The notes: generated from the sequence alone by a model not told the origin. Counted from the stretch's first letter, positions 35,351 through 49,039 are shown. The stretch is DNA of 59,547 bases from Nemertoderma westbladi (GCA_032718475.1 JAUCBJ010001549.1:1-59547), one strand, 5' to 3'. Translations and numbers: made by a program.

Positions 35351-36517
35351 AACGTCCACGTGTTGAGTTACTGAACATTTTACAGAAATATATATTTAGT
35401 TTATAGACTGATACATCGGAAAGATTTGTATTTATTGTAAATCTATTTTGTTCATCAATAAGTTTCGGAAAGTTTTTCATGTTATTTTAATGGACAAAAA
35501 ACGTTAAAGAAAATACAACAAATGTTATACTGTATCAGTTATGCTGTACAGTACATGCAAAGTCTGTATGTTAGAATTGTGTACCGGTACCAAAACTGTG
35601 TGGTGGTGGAATAGCAGTTGCTGTGTTAGGCCTATTTCAGTATTTGCATTTTGTACCGACTGGAAAATATAATGATATATAATATAGAACAGTAATCATC
35701 TTAAAGAGTTAATGTTTTATACCAAAATATTTGCCAATGCCTACAATTAATTGTCATATTGATATTGTTTTAAACAAATACACTCCAAGATTAATTGTGA
35801 CTAATGCGAGTCACCTTTGACCACTTCCAGGACGTGACGTTTTGATTTACGGATACTGACTAATTAATAGGGAAGTATTAGAAATTGGGGAAGTGGGGAA
35901 GATAACCAACCATCTATATCTCCAACATAATGGGTTAAATAAACTCCATCACAATCTCTCCAACAACTATCGAAAGAAGAGCCTTGATGTAAACCCCCCC
36001 CCCCCCCCCCCCCCCCCCCCTCTTCCCTGTCTTTGGCTGACTGTTTACTTGATTGTAGGTAAGTAAAGCGAAACAAAACATACCCAGCAATGATAGAGAT
36101 GATTATTAAGATAAGCTGCTTGATCTCAGGCAGGGTATGCATCTACAATCAACCCTCAAATTACCCCACCCCAGATAAACTTATTTACCTTCATTAAATT
36201 TGCAACTAAAAATGTTTTCTTATGGCCATTGAAATATAAATTAGGCATTGTATACAAAGTACACTGCACCGAATAATTTACAATAAGTGGGGGGGGGGGG
36301 GGGGGGGGGGGGGGGGAGTAAATAATACTATAATGTAATGGTAAATCCTGCAAGTTTCGTCTTCATAGCAAAGAAGTTGTTTGCAAGAAAGCGACAGCGT
36401 AGCACAGTTTATCAAATACAGCAAGATATCTGTGTCAAGATTCATGTTCACTAATTCTAAAAACCGAGGTAGGTTCAGTTATATAAACTTCTATTATCTA
36501 TTAGAATTGAGTAGAAT

Positions 36518-37453
36518 TTATGTTTCTGTTTTATCAATTAACCCACTGAGTAGAGGCTCAGTTTCATCTTCCACAATTTGTTTCTCAGTATTTTCAACAT
36601 TCGTAAGTGGAGCAAATATTTCCCTCCCATGGTATTTATAATAAACAAGCAATATAATAGCCGGGATTATCACAATAATGTTGAATCCACAGAAAACTGT
36701 AGCAGCTAAAGGGAACTTAATATATTGAGCCAATGGCCCGGCAACTAATGGACCAATAAACAGACCACAAGCCCCTGGGCTGTTCACAAGGGACATCACA
36801 ACTGTGTGGTTACCGATAGTTTGTGGCCATTGAAGGCGGTATTTGTATATTTTAAGCAGCGTTTCTATATAAGGTGTCGCCAATGACATTCCAAATCCTA
36901 ATAAAGTTGTCCCAATTATCACAATGCTAATATGTTGTGGTAAGTTCAATAAAGGTGATGGCCCCATCAGTAACAATCCTACTATACCAACGAAATGCGC
37001 AAATATCATCGCTGTTAACGTGTTGATTGATTGATATCTGGCCAGAAATGCACCCCATGCCAATGCTGATGAAACGTTTATAAGTGGAGCTATAAGAAAC
37101 ATTGATCCAACTTCTGCAGGAGACAATTCATATACATTCACAAGATGAATAGCGAATGTTGTTTCATAGAAGCCCATAGCCATAGCCATCACAAACAACA
37201 TGGCGACTGCAGATAAACATACCCTGTCTTTGAGTAAATCAAATATGGTCTTTGTGGTGACAATTTTGCTGGGTTTGATGCTAGGGAGAGAAAATATGTT
37301 TACTAATGCGATAACTACTTCAGTTCCTCCAAGGATTACAAACGGAGTAACAAAGTTGGTGTACTGGTATAGAATTCCTCCCAGGGCAGGTCCGCACATG
37401 GTTCCTCCAAAGAAAGCACTGTGAATAATTGACAACACAAATATTTTTTCTTT
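36518..37453 (-). CDS. SLC18B1: SLC18B1-like MFS transporter, copy B, last coding exon
   Basis: Acceptor TTTCCCACAG|AAAGAA at 37454/37453. 936 nt in frame to the stop. Paralogous to 4911-5825. Confidence 0.85.
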   Translation of the reverse strand, partial: KEKIFVLSIIHSAFFGGTMCGPALGGILYQYTNFVTPFVILGGTEVVIALVNIFSLPSIKPSKIVTTKTIFDLLKDRVCLSAVAMLFVMAMAMGFYETTFAIHLVNVYELSPAEVGSMFLIAPLINVSSALAWGAFLARYQSINTLTAMIFAHFVGIVGLLLMGPSPLLNLPQHISIVIIGTTLLGFGMSLATPYIETLLKIYKYRLQWPQTIGNHTVVMSLVNSPGACGLFIGPLVAGPLAQYIKFPLAATVFCGFNIIVIIPAIILLVYYKYHGREIFAPLTNVENTEKQIVEDETEPLLSGLIDKTET

Positions 37454-38292
37454 CTGTGGGAAACAAGATATATATATTAATTTTGAGCTACTTGTAATAT
37501 ACCCGTGCAGTGTATACATAATATATAGTATTAACACATTGGCAAACTGCCACTGTCAATTGCTAATTCCACTGAAAACGGATAGGTGTAATTTGTGATA
37601 AAACACCTAAAAATGACAACACTCAACCATAGTCAAAAAACGGTGGACCACAGTCAAAAATGGCCACAAACAATGTATACAGTAGATCGCAGTCCTAAAA
37701 GTAATTCTGCTTAAGTTTTGGCTCAGCATATCGCGAGCAAGTCAAAAGTCTGGGGAAAACACTCAAAATGTCTGGACACCACTCAAAACATGTAATTCAG
37801 TATTCTGCAATACTGTTCACCAGTTACCTAGTGTACTTGTAGGCCTACATATCGTCGTATGTATGTAGAGTAGTTATGTTTTTTAAGTGTTGCAGTGTCA
37901 GCAACGTGAATAGTTTTGCAAGCTTATATCATATTATGCTGCTAGAGGGAGTGGGATCGAAAAGTATAGGAATAATATATGAATTATAGTATTGTTTTGT
38001 GACCACTAAAGATATAAGAATAAGTACTTGTTTTCTGTTAAAAGTGAAGGCGATTATTCATAAATGTGCAATCAATGTGGAAGCTGGTTGGTACTTGAAT
38101 CACTCAACCATAAGCAAGTTGCCCTTCTTGCTCTTCCATCATGTTTTGGGAGAAAACCCTATTGTAGCTTGCCTTATGATAATATTACTGGTTCTCGCAG
38201 TATTACTACTACATATGCGTGTAAATATAAATTATGTAAAATGTAAAGGGTAGATAGATATACAGATTTATTTATGCAATATGTATAAATAG

Positions 38293-39050
38293 GACGCCCA
38301 CAAAGGGTGAAGATCTGGGATTCACACTACTAGAACGCAGAAGTAGCAGATATCCGGAAACGATAGTATGTCCACAGACACCGACTTTACGGATGACACG
38401 CCCATGCTAGAAGATGCACAGCTTCTACTAAATAAAGTGGATAGGGCTACTAAGGAGGTTGGATTGCATATAAATGCTACCAAGACCGAATTCTTGAACA
38501 ATTGAATTGAATAATTGATTATAATCATCTAAGGAAGGTTGATGACTTCCAGTACCCTGGATATTGGATAGAGAGAAGAAAAAAGACAGAAGTTAGGAAA
38601 GCAAAGGCATGGGTAGCTCTAACAAAAATGGATACCATCTTGAAATCGGATCTCTCCAGGCATCTGAAGACTAAGTTCTTTCAAGTCATAACGGAAAGTG
38701 TACTTTTACATGGGGGTGAGACCTGGACACTGACGAAATCACTTGAACAACGAATTGATGGTTGCTACACAAGACTTCTATGGGCAGCCCTAAACATCAG
38801 CTGGAGACAATAACACATGACAAAAGCTTTGGTACAATACTACCTGTATCAACCACCCTCTGTGAATGCATTTCGCATGAATGCAGATTAAGATTCAGTA
38901 GGCACTGCTGGAAAAGTAAACATGAGGTTTATACCAGATCTACTTTTCGGGCAACCAAAACAAAGAAAACGTAGCCACAACTATGGAGAATCAGGAAGTC
39001 TGGAAGGATCTATTTTCCACTGTCCGAGTTCGCTCGACCTAGTAGTAGTA
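38293..39050 (+). mobile_element. Truncated, decayed RTE LINE (same family as 8599-10381)
   Basis: Collinear with 9519-10381 (for example ...GTCCGAGTTCGCTCGACCTAGTAGTAG). Confidence 0.85.
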
Positions 39051-39283
39051 ATAGTATATATTATGTAAAAACAATAACGAGTACACCAAACAATGTATAT
39101 AGGCATTTTCCAACATAACATATACATTATACAGTAGGATTACCCCTAAGAGCTTTGCAGGTTATTATCAAATACAATACAAGTTACAAATACAATACTA
39201 CACAATTACACTACGCTAACAAAAACAGGGTATTGGGGTGACTAACACCCCACATACTTGAAATTGTTATTCTTGGTACTCAC

Positions 39284-39793
39284 CTTATATAAACTGCCAG
39301 CCAAGCTGTAGCAAGCCAAGTTACCACCACCTAGGGTTACAGCTTCAATGATACGACAACAGAAACAAAGCACAATATAATATACACCAGGTGGGCCCCA
39401 ATCCAATATGCCAAATAAAGCCATACAAGAACCAGCCAATATATATCCCGATATTAATACAAACTTAAGCCCAATAATTGGGATAAGATTCCCTAAAACA
39501 ATGTAAGTAAGGCACCTTATTCCAGCATAGACACCAAACAGGACGCCAATGAGGGATTCATCAAAGCCACGAGTGACAGCCCTGGTAGTAAAGAATGCAG
39601 CTGGCAGGGAGAAACACATTCCTGCACTGAAAATTTGAATGACCAACAGTATTAGATTAGTTAGACGATGCCTAATAAACCTCCAAAGAATATTCCCAGA
39701 GTTATTTCTTGAAATGAAAACTTCATCGTGTTCACTAGATGATTTATTATCTTCGCTTAAATCAATGTCGGATAGAGCTATGATTTCCTTCAT
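39284..39793 (-). CDS. SLC18B1: SLC18B1-like MFS transporter, copy B, first coding exon
   Basis: ATG at 39793. Donor AAG|GTGAGT at 39284/39283, phase 0. Joined with 37453-36518 it gives ~481 aa. Confidence 0.85.
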
Positions 39794-39809
39794 TGTAACA
39801 TTTAGGATA

Positions 39810-40453
39810 CTACTAGGATCGGCATGCTACATTTCAGCTGCATTTTTAAGAATGCTGTGCCGGCTTGTCGACAAAATTGCGCCGTCACAACTCCCTATCA
39901 CCCATGGCATTTGCTAGATCATCCGCATCTTCAAGGCCAGTGTCCTTTAAGATGCGTCTCGAAGAAAGTCATTGGCTGTCCACCATGCTTATTCACTCCA
40001 TGAGGCTGCCAAAGTACAAGATTATGCAGTGGCTGGTCCTCACGGCGAAAGCAATGTCCTGCAAAGTGGAGGCGATTTTATTCTAGTGTCAAGCTTGGGG
40101 GAACCAATGAGACACCTCCAATGTTATATAGTGTCTGGTTGGAGATGTGTGCATTGTACCTGTGACAATGAACCCGGCGTAGCATTCTTGTGAATGTGCC
40201 ATCCAGAGATTTGGTGTCCTCAGCAGTTAGAGCCCAGCATGGACTCCCATAGAGGAGTACTGGAACTACTGCTGCTTTAAATAATCGGACCTTAAGTTTC
40301 CGATTAATTCTCGGTGACTTCCAAATCCTGGAAAGCCTATTCAAGACTGCCCATGCCTTTCCCTTACGTATTCGAAGGTCCTCACCTGACTTCCGGATCC
40401 ATGATCCCAGGTAACAGAAGCCATCCACATGCTCAAGCATACCATCCTTTGAG
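39810..40453 (-). mobile_element. 644-bp RTE-derived element (second RTE family)
   Basis: FCYLGSWI...LLYGSPCWALT...RLHFAGHCFR motifs. (TAG)n tail. 12-bp TSD ACATTTAGGATA at 39798-39809 and 40454-40465. Confidence 0.9.
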
Positions 40454-40576
40454 ACATTTAGGATATATATTTGGTGACAAAGCAATACGTATGATCTAAA
40501 TGAAAATCCCAAATAAGCCCTCTTACTTGCCACTCGATGGACTGCGTGCATTCTTTCAGCTGCGGTCCTCACAACT

Positions 40577-40717
40577 ATGCGGAGATCTAGCAAATGTCGT
40601 GGGTGATAGGGAGTTGTGGCGGCGAAATTTTGTCGACAAGCCGACACAGCATTATTAATTTATATGTAATATATATAATGCAGCTGCAATGCAGCATGCC
40701 GATAGTAGTAGTAGTAG
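40577..40717 (+). mobile_element. 3'-end fragment of the same RTE family, in opposite orientation
   Basis: GATCTAGCAAATGTC...GCAGCATGCCGA-(TAG)n matches the 3' ends of 39810-40453 and 54913-55557. Confidence 0.8.
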
Positions 40718-40773
40718 AGATATACATACATTAATGTCACAACTGTGACGCCTATTGTGAGCTAAACGTTTAA

Positions 40774-41990
40774 CCCTATTAGTACCGGGTTATAAAATGT
40801 TGTACAAATACTCTGAATTTTTGTTATTTTGCAGCACCAAAATTACAAGTAAGGGAACAATTTTCGGCTAATTGTTTTTCAATATTTTCTTGGTTTTCTG
40901 GGGTGCAAAATACATTGTAAAATATTTAAAAATGATATGATTACTATAAATGGTTGTTTAGTCCTCTCTGCATAGGAAAAAAATGAAAAAATACAAGTAC
41001 CCAGCACTTTTCAGTTTGAACACAAATTTTTTAATTCACTTATTATATGATGCTATAAATTCAGGTTTTCTGAGGCGCTGATTCTAATGGAATACATTTC
41101 TAATTTGCCACATCATTGCTACTCGTATTTTTCGGCGTAATATGGCAAATTTTGGTGATAGCACTAAATTTCGTATCCATCGTCAAATAGTACAAGTTTG
41201 AGATGTCCAGTGCTGTAAAATGTAAATAAAAAATGTAAAATACATGTACTGAAAAATATAAGTTTGAAAACTCTTATGAAATTTTTACTTATTCCATTGA
41301 ATTCACAACCTTCACAAACCCGTATAGTATAACGCAACAAACAAGGTGACACAATCAATTGAAATATTTGATGGTTTTCAAAATTTGGTGCTAGCACCAA
41401 ATTTTGCACCCACTTCCGAAACATATGCGTTTGAGATGTCTAGTTAGATAATTATTTATTCCAATGAATTCAGAACTGCCATACACCGCTAAAACGCGAG
41501 AAATATGTCACAAGCAATTGAACTATTGAATGGATTTTCCAAATTTCTTGTTGGCACCAAATTTTGCACACAGCATCGAAAAATACAAGTTTGAAACGCC
41601 TGGTGCATCTCGTATATATTCCATAGTAACCAGAAACCCAAAAAACCTCTATTGCGCAAAAAACAGGTTCAAACAAACAATTTACAAAATTGAGATATTT
41701 CAAATTTTGGTGCTGGCACCAAAATTTGGCAACCGCCGAAAAAATACAAGTTTGAAATTAATAAATTAATTTATATAATTGCAAACACCAAAAAACCGGT
41801 GTAAATCTAAAACAGAGATGTTTCAAATCATATTTCATTAAATGTAATTTTCAAAAAACGTTTCAAAAAAGTGCCAAAAGTAGGGTTGAAAATGGTGCTA
41901 TAACTCAAAAACTTCCAAATATTTTTGAAAACCGTTTTCACGACTAGGAAGACAATAGATTTTTACCGAGTAATTGCGGAAGGGGAAGGG
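40774..41990. mobile_element. Probable piggyBac-type MITE remnant with GCACCAAATTTTG-bearing repeats
   Basis: TTAA-CCCTATTA start resembles 13248. Repeated GCACCAAA(A)TTT units. No right TIR found. Confidence 0.4.
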
Positions 41991-43230
41991 TCTTTCACCG
42001 CGTGGATATAAATAATAAAAAAAGGGCTTTGTTATTCATCGTATGGCTATTTCACCCTCGCGGGCTTCTTCAGCAGTTTATTGATATATAAAATAATAGT
42101 AAAAACTAATTTAATTAAAATGTACAACAATTTACAGGGTTAGGGTACTTACCAAGCAACATAACAGACATACAGTATTGAATTGTATTTAAGTAGGACA
42201 TAGAATATATTAAATTACAGACGGAGAGTCATATATTATATTACAAAAAAAATAAATTTAGTGCAGTGAGGTGCTGGTGCTGTGGTCTACTGCATTATTG
42301 CTGTAGGTTAGCAGAATATCTCTTTGTGCTAGTACCGTATACAGTGGTCACGGTATGGTGGTGCAACATGCAGATAGGTTTGCTCAACCCTTTATGGGGG
42401 TTGGCAAACAGTAAAGGAAATCAAAACATTAAAAGAGTTGACGAAGCAACATCGAAACGTAGCTCGTCTTATCTGGGTGAAGTCTCAATTGCATAGTAGT
42501 TGTAATATTTTGCACCAAATAGTTTACTGATAAAAATATATGGTTAAACTTATATTAAAATGGGAAAAGTTGTTAGCGAATTCAATTCCGCTAACCACCC
42601 CACAAAGTTAGCTTTAAGCAATATTGGGAGCACGAGGTTGATTGCCAATCAACCTCGTATCACCCCAATAAGCGGGGACGACAAACCCCAAAGGGACACA
42701 CAATGGGGGTCAGAGGTTGTACCTCCGAGAGAGAGAGAATGACAGTAGCAAGGGGAGAACACTCCCAGGGAGATGGGAGGGCGAGAATTAGGTTATCAGC
42801 CAATGGGGGGCAGGCATCCACTGAGTAATATGGCCAAACCAGAGCAATATATTACCGGTTGGTGTTATTCATTGACTCAGTTATCTCAGTACAGTTAGGG
42901 CAGAACGGTGACTTTTGTTACCATCATCGCCACCATCATCCATCAATATTACCGGTATACTTAGGCCTATTTACTCATCAATTGTGCTAACTTACTTTAC
43001 TCTATTGTATCATATACATATATATCAATAACATCGGAAGAACTATAATAACTCTTTTACACACGGCGGAGACGCGTAAACAAACAACCAGGATAAATCG
43101 GGATTTTCGGATCCCGTCACAGTAACAAAAACCCAAGCTGCCTGAGAATGCGACTGCCAGCCACAGTAACAAAAGAACCAACCACCCGAGACTGTGACTG
43201 CCAGCCACCAATCTAAGGAAGAAGTCGAAG

Positions 43231-46200
43231 ATGAGTCGAGAGGGAGAGACGACACCGCCGCGGACCCCGGACGACGATAACCTAACGATCCGCGAGGCCG
43301 CGACGTGACAGTATCAACCCACGACGCCGGGTTCGTCGACGATAGACGATCCGGCAATCCAAGCGGAGGGGGGCCATCTACAACGAGGTGCGAGCGAGTG
43401 GAGAGAAGGGAGAGACGAGTCAACACACGGCGGCGGTCGACATACCGATGTTGCCGGCCAGCCACAGGCCGAGGGCGACGGACGGCCCACCGGAATGGCG
43501 ATGGTGGGGCCGCCGGTACGACGCCGAACACGGAGAGAAAGAGGGGACGTCGGCGACGAGGACGTCGGGGTCAGCGACCGGCTCCGGCGAGCCTACAACG
43601 CGACCCGAAAGCAACTGAGGGAAGCCAAAGGAGGGGCCAAGATAGACGAGGTAAAGCTAGAGAAGCGGCTAGGTGAGTTGAATAAACATTTTGATTATTT
43701 AGTGCGCTTTGGGCAGGGAGAACTGGCCAACGAGAGAGCGAGGAGGGTCGCCACGGAACTGTTTGAACTATGGGAATGTAGGGGTATGGAGCCTGGTATA
43801 GTGTACATAGGGCCATACTTAATCGATGCCCGGGGAATTAAGTTGGTGGGTTGGACAGGGCCGCAGGAGGGCGAATCTGAGGTTAACCCTGAGGATTCGG
43901 TCTCGTCGGTCGGCGAAAGTTCCAGGAAGCGGGGGAAAGTTAGTAGGACGGGAAGGCGATGGGAGTCCGTCGCTACCGATAAGTCTGCTACATCCTCCGC
44001 GAAAGTAAGACGGGTGATGGAAATAGATCTGGCGTGCCAACTCGATCTGGCGGCGCTAGAGACCAGAGAGAATTAGAGAGACAGTTAGAGGAAGAGAGTG
44101 CATTAATAGAGAAGGAGAAAGAACTGGTTAGAGAGAACAAAGAGAGGGTCGCGAGAAAATTTAGGGAGTATGAGGAGATAGAAACGAGGGAAAGAAAGGA
44201 GCGAGAAGAGCGTGAGGCAAGAGAACAGAGTGAATGTAAAGAGCGTGAGGCAAGAGAACAGAGTGAACGTAAAGAGCGTGAGGCGAGAGAACAGAGTGAA
44301 CGTAAAGAGCGCGAGGCGGCAAGGGAGGCGAGAGAAGAGAGTGAGCGAAAAGAGCGTGGGGCGAGACGGCTTGGGAGGATTGCGAGAGAGGCAGAGTTAG
44401 CCGATCAGAGTTCACGAGAGGATAGAGAGAGAGAGAGAGTGAGAGAAAACGTGTGCAGGATGGTATGCATGCCCGGCTAAGGGGGCTTATGCAGTACCAG
44501 ACGAAGCAGAAGTGCCGACTGGAACTGGCACAGATGGGGCTGTCAGAGAACGAGGCTGGCTTGGGTAGTATTTACGAGGAGCCAGAAGTTAGGGAAATAT
44601 TTATTAATACCCCACATACAGGGACCGGACGACAGACCCAAGACTGGTGTGACTGTACGGGCGGGGGGGGGGGGGGGGGGGGGTAATAATAACAATACAG
44701 TAGATAACGTTAATATTAATAGTACCGTAGTGGATAATTCTAACCAAACTTTCATTGCAGGAAATAATATTTTTCCCGACAGTAGTAACTTAAATCCGAA
44801 CGATTCTAATATAAATGTACAAAGCAGTCCGAATAATTTAAATAATAGTCTAAACCCAAATATACAAAATAATTCAAATAATATAATTACGCAAAATAAT
44901 TCAAATATTTTAAATCTAAATACACAAAATAATTTAAATAATAATCCCGTTTCAAATTCTAATAATTCTGATAATTTAATTGATTTAGAAGATTTAATTG
45001 ATTTAACAGATAATGTTGGTAATGGTGCTATTAATATGAACGTGGCGGACGTGCATAGCCCAGCAAATGAGGGCCTGGTAGGCCACGTAGTTAGTAGGCA
45101 GGAAGTGGCGGGGGTGAGAAACCCCAACGAGGGCCTGGTAGGCCACACAGTAGTAGAGGGAGAGGCGGGGGTGAATAGACCCAGACACAGTAGGGTTAGC
45201 GTGTCGACTAGAGAGGGGTGTAGAAGTGAAGTAAGAGGGGTAGTGAAGTGATAGGTGGTGAGTGGGAGGGGGGCTACAGGAGCCCCACAATGAGAGATTA
45301 GCGGCGAGAGGGGGGGGGGCAGTGAATGCCCCACAGGCGTCGGCGGATAATGCGCGGGGCGAATTAGGTGAACCGCAGCACCCGGCGATGGAGAATAGTA
45401 GGGGGGTTGCGAGTATCCCCAGCGGCATGCGACTGAGTAGAGAGAGAGAGGTTGACGTCGCGAGAGGGCGAGCGACGAGACGTCAAGCCCAATCAGAAGA
45501 GGGAAGAAGGACAGTGGAGTTTAACCGAGAGGTCGAGGAAAGATCTCGCGAATGGGGACGCTACACTGGAGAAAGAGAAGAGAATAGAAGAAGTTTCGTT
45601 GCGAACGACAGGAGAGCGAGGACGGATAGCAAGCCGTCGGTAGTAGAGATGGAGACGGAGAGTCAGTGGGGTCGAACTCCGGGAGATTGCCATCGTCCCG
45701 GAGAAACGCGACCTGACGAGGTGTACTATACACCAAGAGGAGGGTACAGGGTGTACCGGTACGAGGACGAGAACAGTAGAGGGGGTCGAAGAGAAACTTC
45801 CCGACGGGATCTACCTACCGATCAAGAATACGGTTACTGCGGGGAGGATTATTCAAGAAGATTAAACTTCGATCCCGAGCGACACGTACAGACTGCAGGA
45901 CATACTGTAGGCCTTACTGCACATACTATAGGCCATGCTGGGAGAGATAATGTAGGCGATAGGGTAGCGCGGACGACGGGATTAAACCCGGAAGTCGCAG
46001 AGTACATACCGGTAGGTAGGCCAGAAGTGGATAGGCCTATACCGGTACCAGCACAGCAGTATGACTACAGCATGCAAGGACATAACATATATCCAGGGGA
46101 GGGGAGAATTATTGCGGATAGGTGCATGGGCCCCAATATATTAACATCAACCCCAGTATCAAACATACCGGGGGGGGGGGGGCAGGGTGACATTCCCCCA

Positions 46201-48945
46201 TCACAATATCAACAATATACTCCAATAGGAACAAGAACATCGAACCCCTTGGACGAGAACAGGTCATGCGACACCGAGATATGGAGGGGGCCGCTACCCC
46301 CTATGACATACCCAACACAGAGAAGGGCAGCAGATAGGACGAACGGACCGCACCCAACGGCAGAATCTGTACAGCATCCGTCGAACCCATTGGAGGCACA
46401 GGCGATGGGAATGGCTACATTAATCGATGCCTTAAAGACCAGGATCGAATTGCCACCTGTAGAGCCATTTAAATTCGATGGAAGTAGGCCGGAAGAATAC
46501 CTGCAGTTTCAGCGCATGTACAGCAATGAAATATTGATGAAGAACATGACGCAGGCGGAGTGCCTAAAATATCTGCAAGTGTATACAGGAGGCCCAGCAT
46601 ACGACATCGTGAGACAGTATCAGGGTATCGAGGGCGGCTTCACGACAGCATGGCGGGCGCTAGACAGGGAGTACGGGCACCCACCCAAGATCATCCGGCA
46701 AACCCTGAGAGGTATAACATCGGGTGGCCTACAGGATAACCCCATTAGCATAAAGACATTCGCTAACAAAGTTGAGAAGGCGCTAATCGTGCTAAAGACG
46801 CTGGACAGTGGATGCACCATACGAACTTAACGCATCCAACAACATCACCACGATAGCGCAGGCACTGCCGATGTGGTTGCGCAACAAGTGGAGGAAGATC
46901 GCCTTCTCCACTCGAGACAGGAAGGGTGCGGAACCGGGTTTAGAAGAGATGTCGAGCTTCTTAAACTATGAAGCTGAACTAATAACGGACCCAGTCTATA
47001 ACGAGGATAGCCTGGGAAAGGGACCAAGGACCGATTACCACAGGCCGAAACCAGAACACAACGTGTCGAACGCATTGCCAAAGCTCAGACAGTCACTGCC
47101 GTACACGGCGACGCAGGGGACTGCTAGTCCACAAGTAGCCGGGGGTAAGACCACATCATGGAGTGGGCAGGGGAAAAATAACAACACAAATAAACATAAC
47201 CCCAACACGCCCAGTAGGCCGAACCCAAACAATAAGAATAGTAGGGACTTTGGTACAAACGTAAGTGTGATATGCAGCGCACTGTATAAGGACGGCTACA
47301 ACCCAAAGAGCAAATGCCAATTACATACAAATGCACTTCATCAGACCATGAACTGCAGGTACTGGCAAGCGCTACCCAGGGAAGATCAGGTAGAATACGC
47401 GAGAAGGAACGAAGTTTGTTCTCGGGTGTGACGGGTGGACATAGAGCCGACCAATGCGAAGAAACGCCAATTAAATTCGGTCAAAGTAAAGGGCAGACGA
47501 TGGCGACAAGCACCGGAGGGGCGAAGAAAAGAGAAACGGTACTACTCGGGGTAGTACCGGTAAGGATAATCGGGGAAGGCAATCGATCAGTAACCACACT
47601 GATGCTGGTCGACAGTGGAGCAGCCTTCACATTGGTTGAGAATTGGGTGGCCGAAGAGATAGGATTGAGAACGAGGCCAAGTAGAATGGTGGTAACAACC
47701 ATCTCCAGCAAAGATGAGGTCCTGGAGATGAGGACTGGATGGTGCGGGATAGCAGCGATAGCACCGGGATGTGACTATGGGGCGACCATCGACCCCATCC
47801 AGGTGATAGAATCGATAAATATCAACGCCAGGCGGCCAACCAACATCGAGGTCGAACAATATAAATTCCTGGACAGTATCGACTTCTCAATCCCAGAGGT
47901 GGATGTTAGGAAGGTATCCATTATAGTAGGAATGGACTGCCCGACGGACCACGAGAGAATGCAAACGGTCTTCGGCGAAGACAAGCAGTGTGACCCGGTG
48001 GTGATTCTAACACCATTCGGGTGGACACTAACTGGCCCAATCAGAACCAATATACCATTCAGTGTAACCGAGACTTCAGGGTGCATGGTGCCAGGGACTG
48101 TTGAGGAGGTAGAGGAGAGGCCAGAAACGGGCGATGGTGGGAGACAGCTAGAAGTGGAAGCAACACCAAGAGAGTGGGCGGAGGAGAATGGCCTGGATGA
48201 GGAAGACCTAGAGGCGATGGGGTGGAACGAGGATGTTCCTGGCAAGTATCGGTATGGGGACGGAGAGGAGTGGACGGCGAGATGTCCGGAGGAGTGTCCG
48301 GAGGAGTGTCCGGAGGAGTGTCTGGAGGAGTGTCCGGAGGATTGTCCAGAGGAGTGTCCGGAAGAGATGCCGGTCCGGTTGAGAGGCATACCGAAGAGGG
48401 AGAGGCCGAGTAAGAAGACAAGATGGAAAGGGAGAAGATGTGAGATGATTAGACCAGGGGCAGAGAAGCCCAAGAGTAAAGATAACAAAGGAGCCAGGAA
48501 AGCAGAAGGAGGCCTGTTGCATATGCACGCGGAACCGACAGAGTGCGAGGGGGCATTACATAGGCAAACATCATGTATACCGAAGGACGAATGGGTGTCA
48601 TCGAGGCCTTTAATGCCAGCGCACATATTAAGGGGGAGGCCAGCAGAGGTGGCATCTAAGATTAAGGACAAAAACAGGGGCGGCATTATACCGCTGAACG
48701 ACAAGTTGAAGGGTGGCACTCTGCCGCTAAGGGACGACCACGAGGAGATCAGAGACACAGAGAGAAGGCAGCACTTTCCAAATTTAAGGACAGGAGAAAA
48801 GGGAAGGTCAATTCCAAGAGAGTTGGAATTGACAAGGAGAGCGGGGCGAAGAATCAGAGGTCCTACAGGGGGGGCAGTGGAAGAACTGCCTGCTAGAGGG
48901 CGCACCTTAGTTGAGTTGAGTTTAGTCGTCCAAGTTTTGGACTGA
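43231..48945 (+). pseudogene. gag-protease region (frameshifted) fused to a novel low-complexity C-terminal tail
   Basis: ORF pieces 43495-44076, 44649-45251, 45262-46830, 46808-47431 and 47314-48945 (LVDSGA). Diverges after TETSGCM into (CPEE)n and short pol-like remnants. Confidence 0.8.
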
Positions 48946-49039
48946 GGGGGGTGGGATTGAGGGCGAGACGCCCTTCCCACACACATAAAATAAAATAAAA
49001 ATAAATAAAGAAAGAAAGAAGAGTAAGTAGGCAGATAGA

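Noticed and set aside
31657-37453. Pairing the 32181-31657 exon with the nearer 37453-36518 exon
   Set aside because: Wrong order on the minus strand; the first exon must lie at higher coordinates than its partner.
47775-48986. 403-aa antisense ORF and other antisense ORFs over the BEL/Pao coding regions
   Set aside because: Shadow ORFs of the purine-rich sense coding sequence, with no recognisable motifs.
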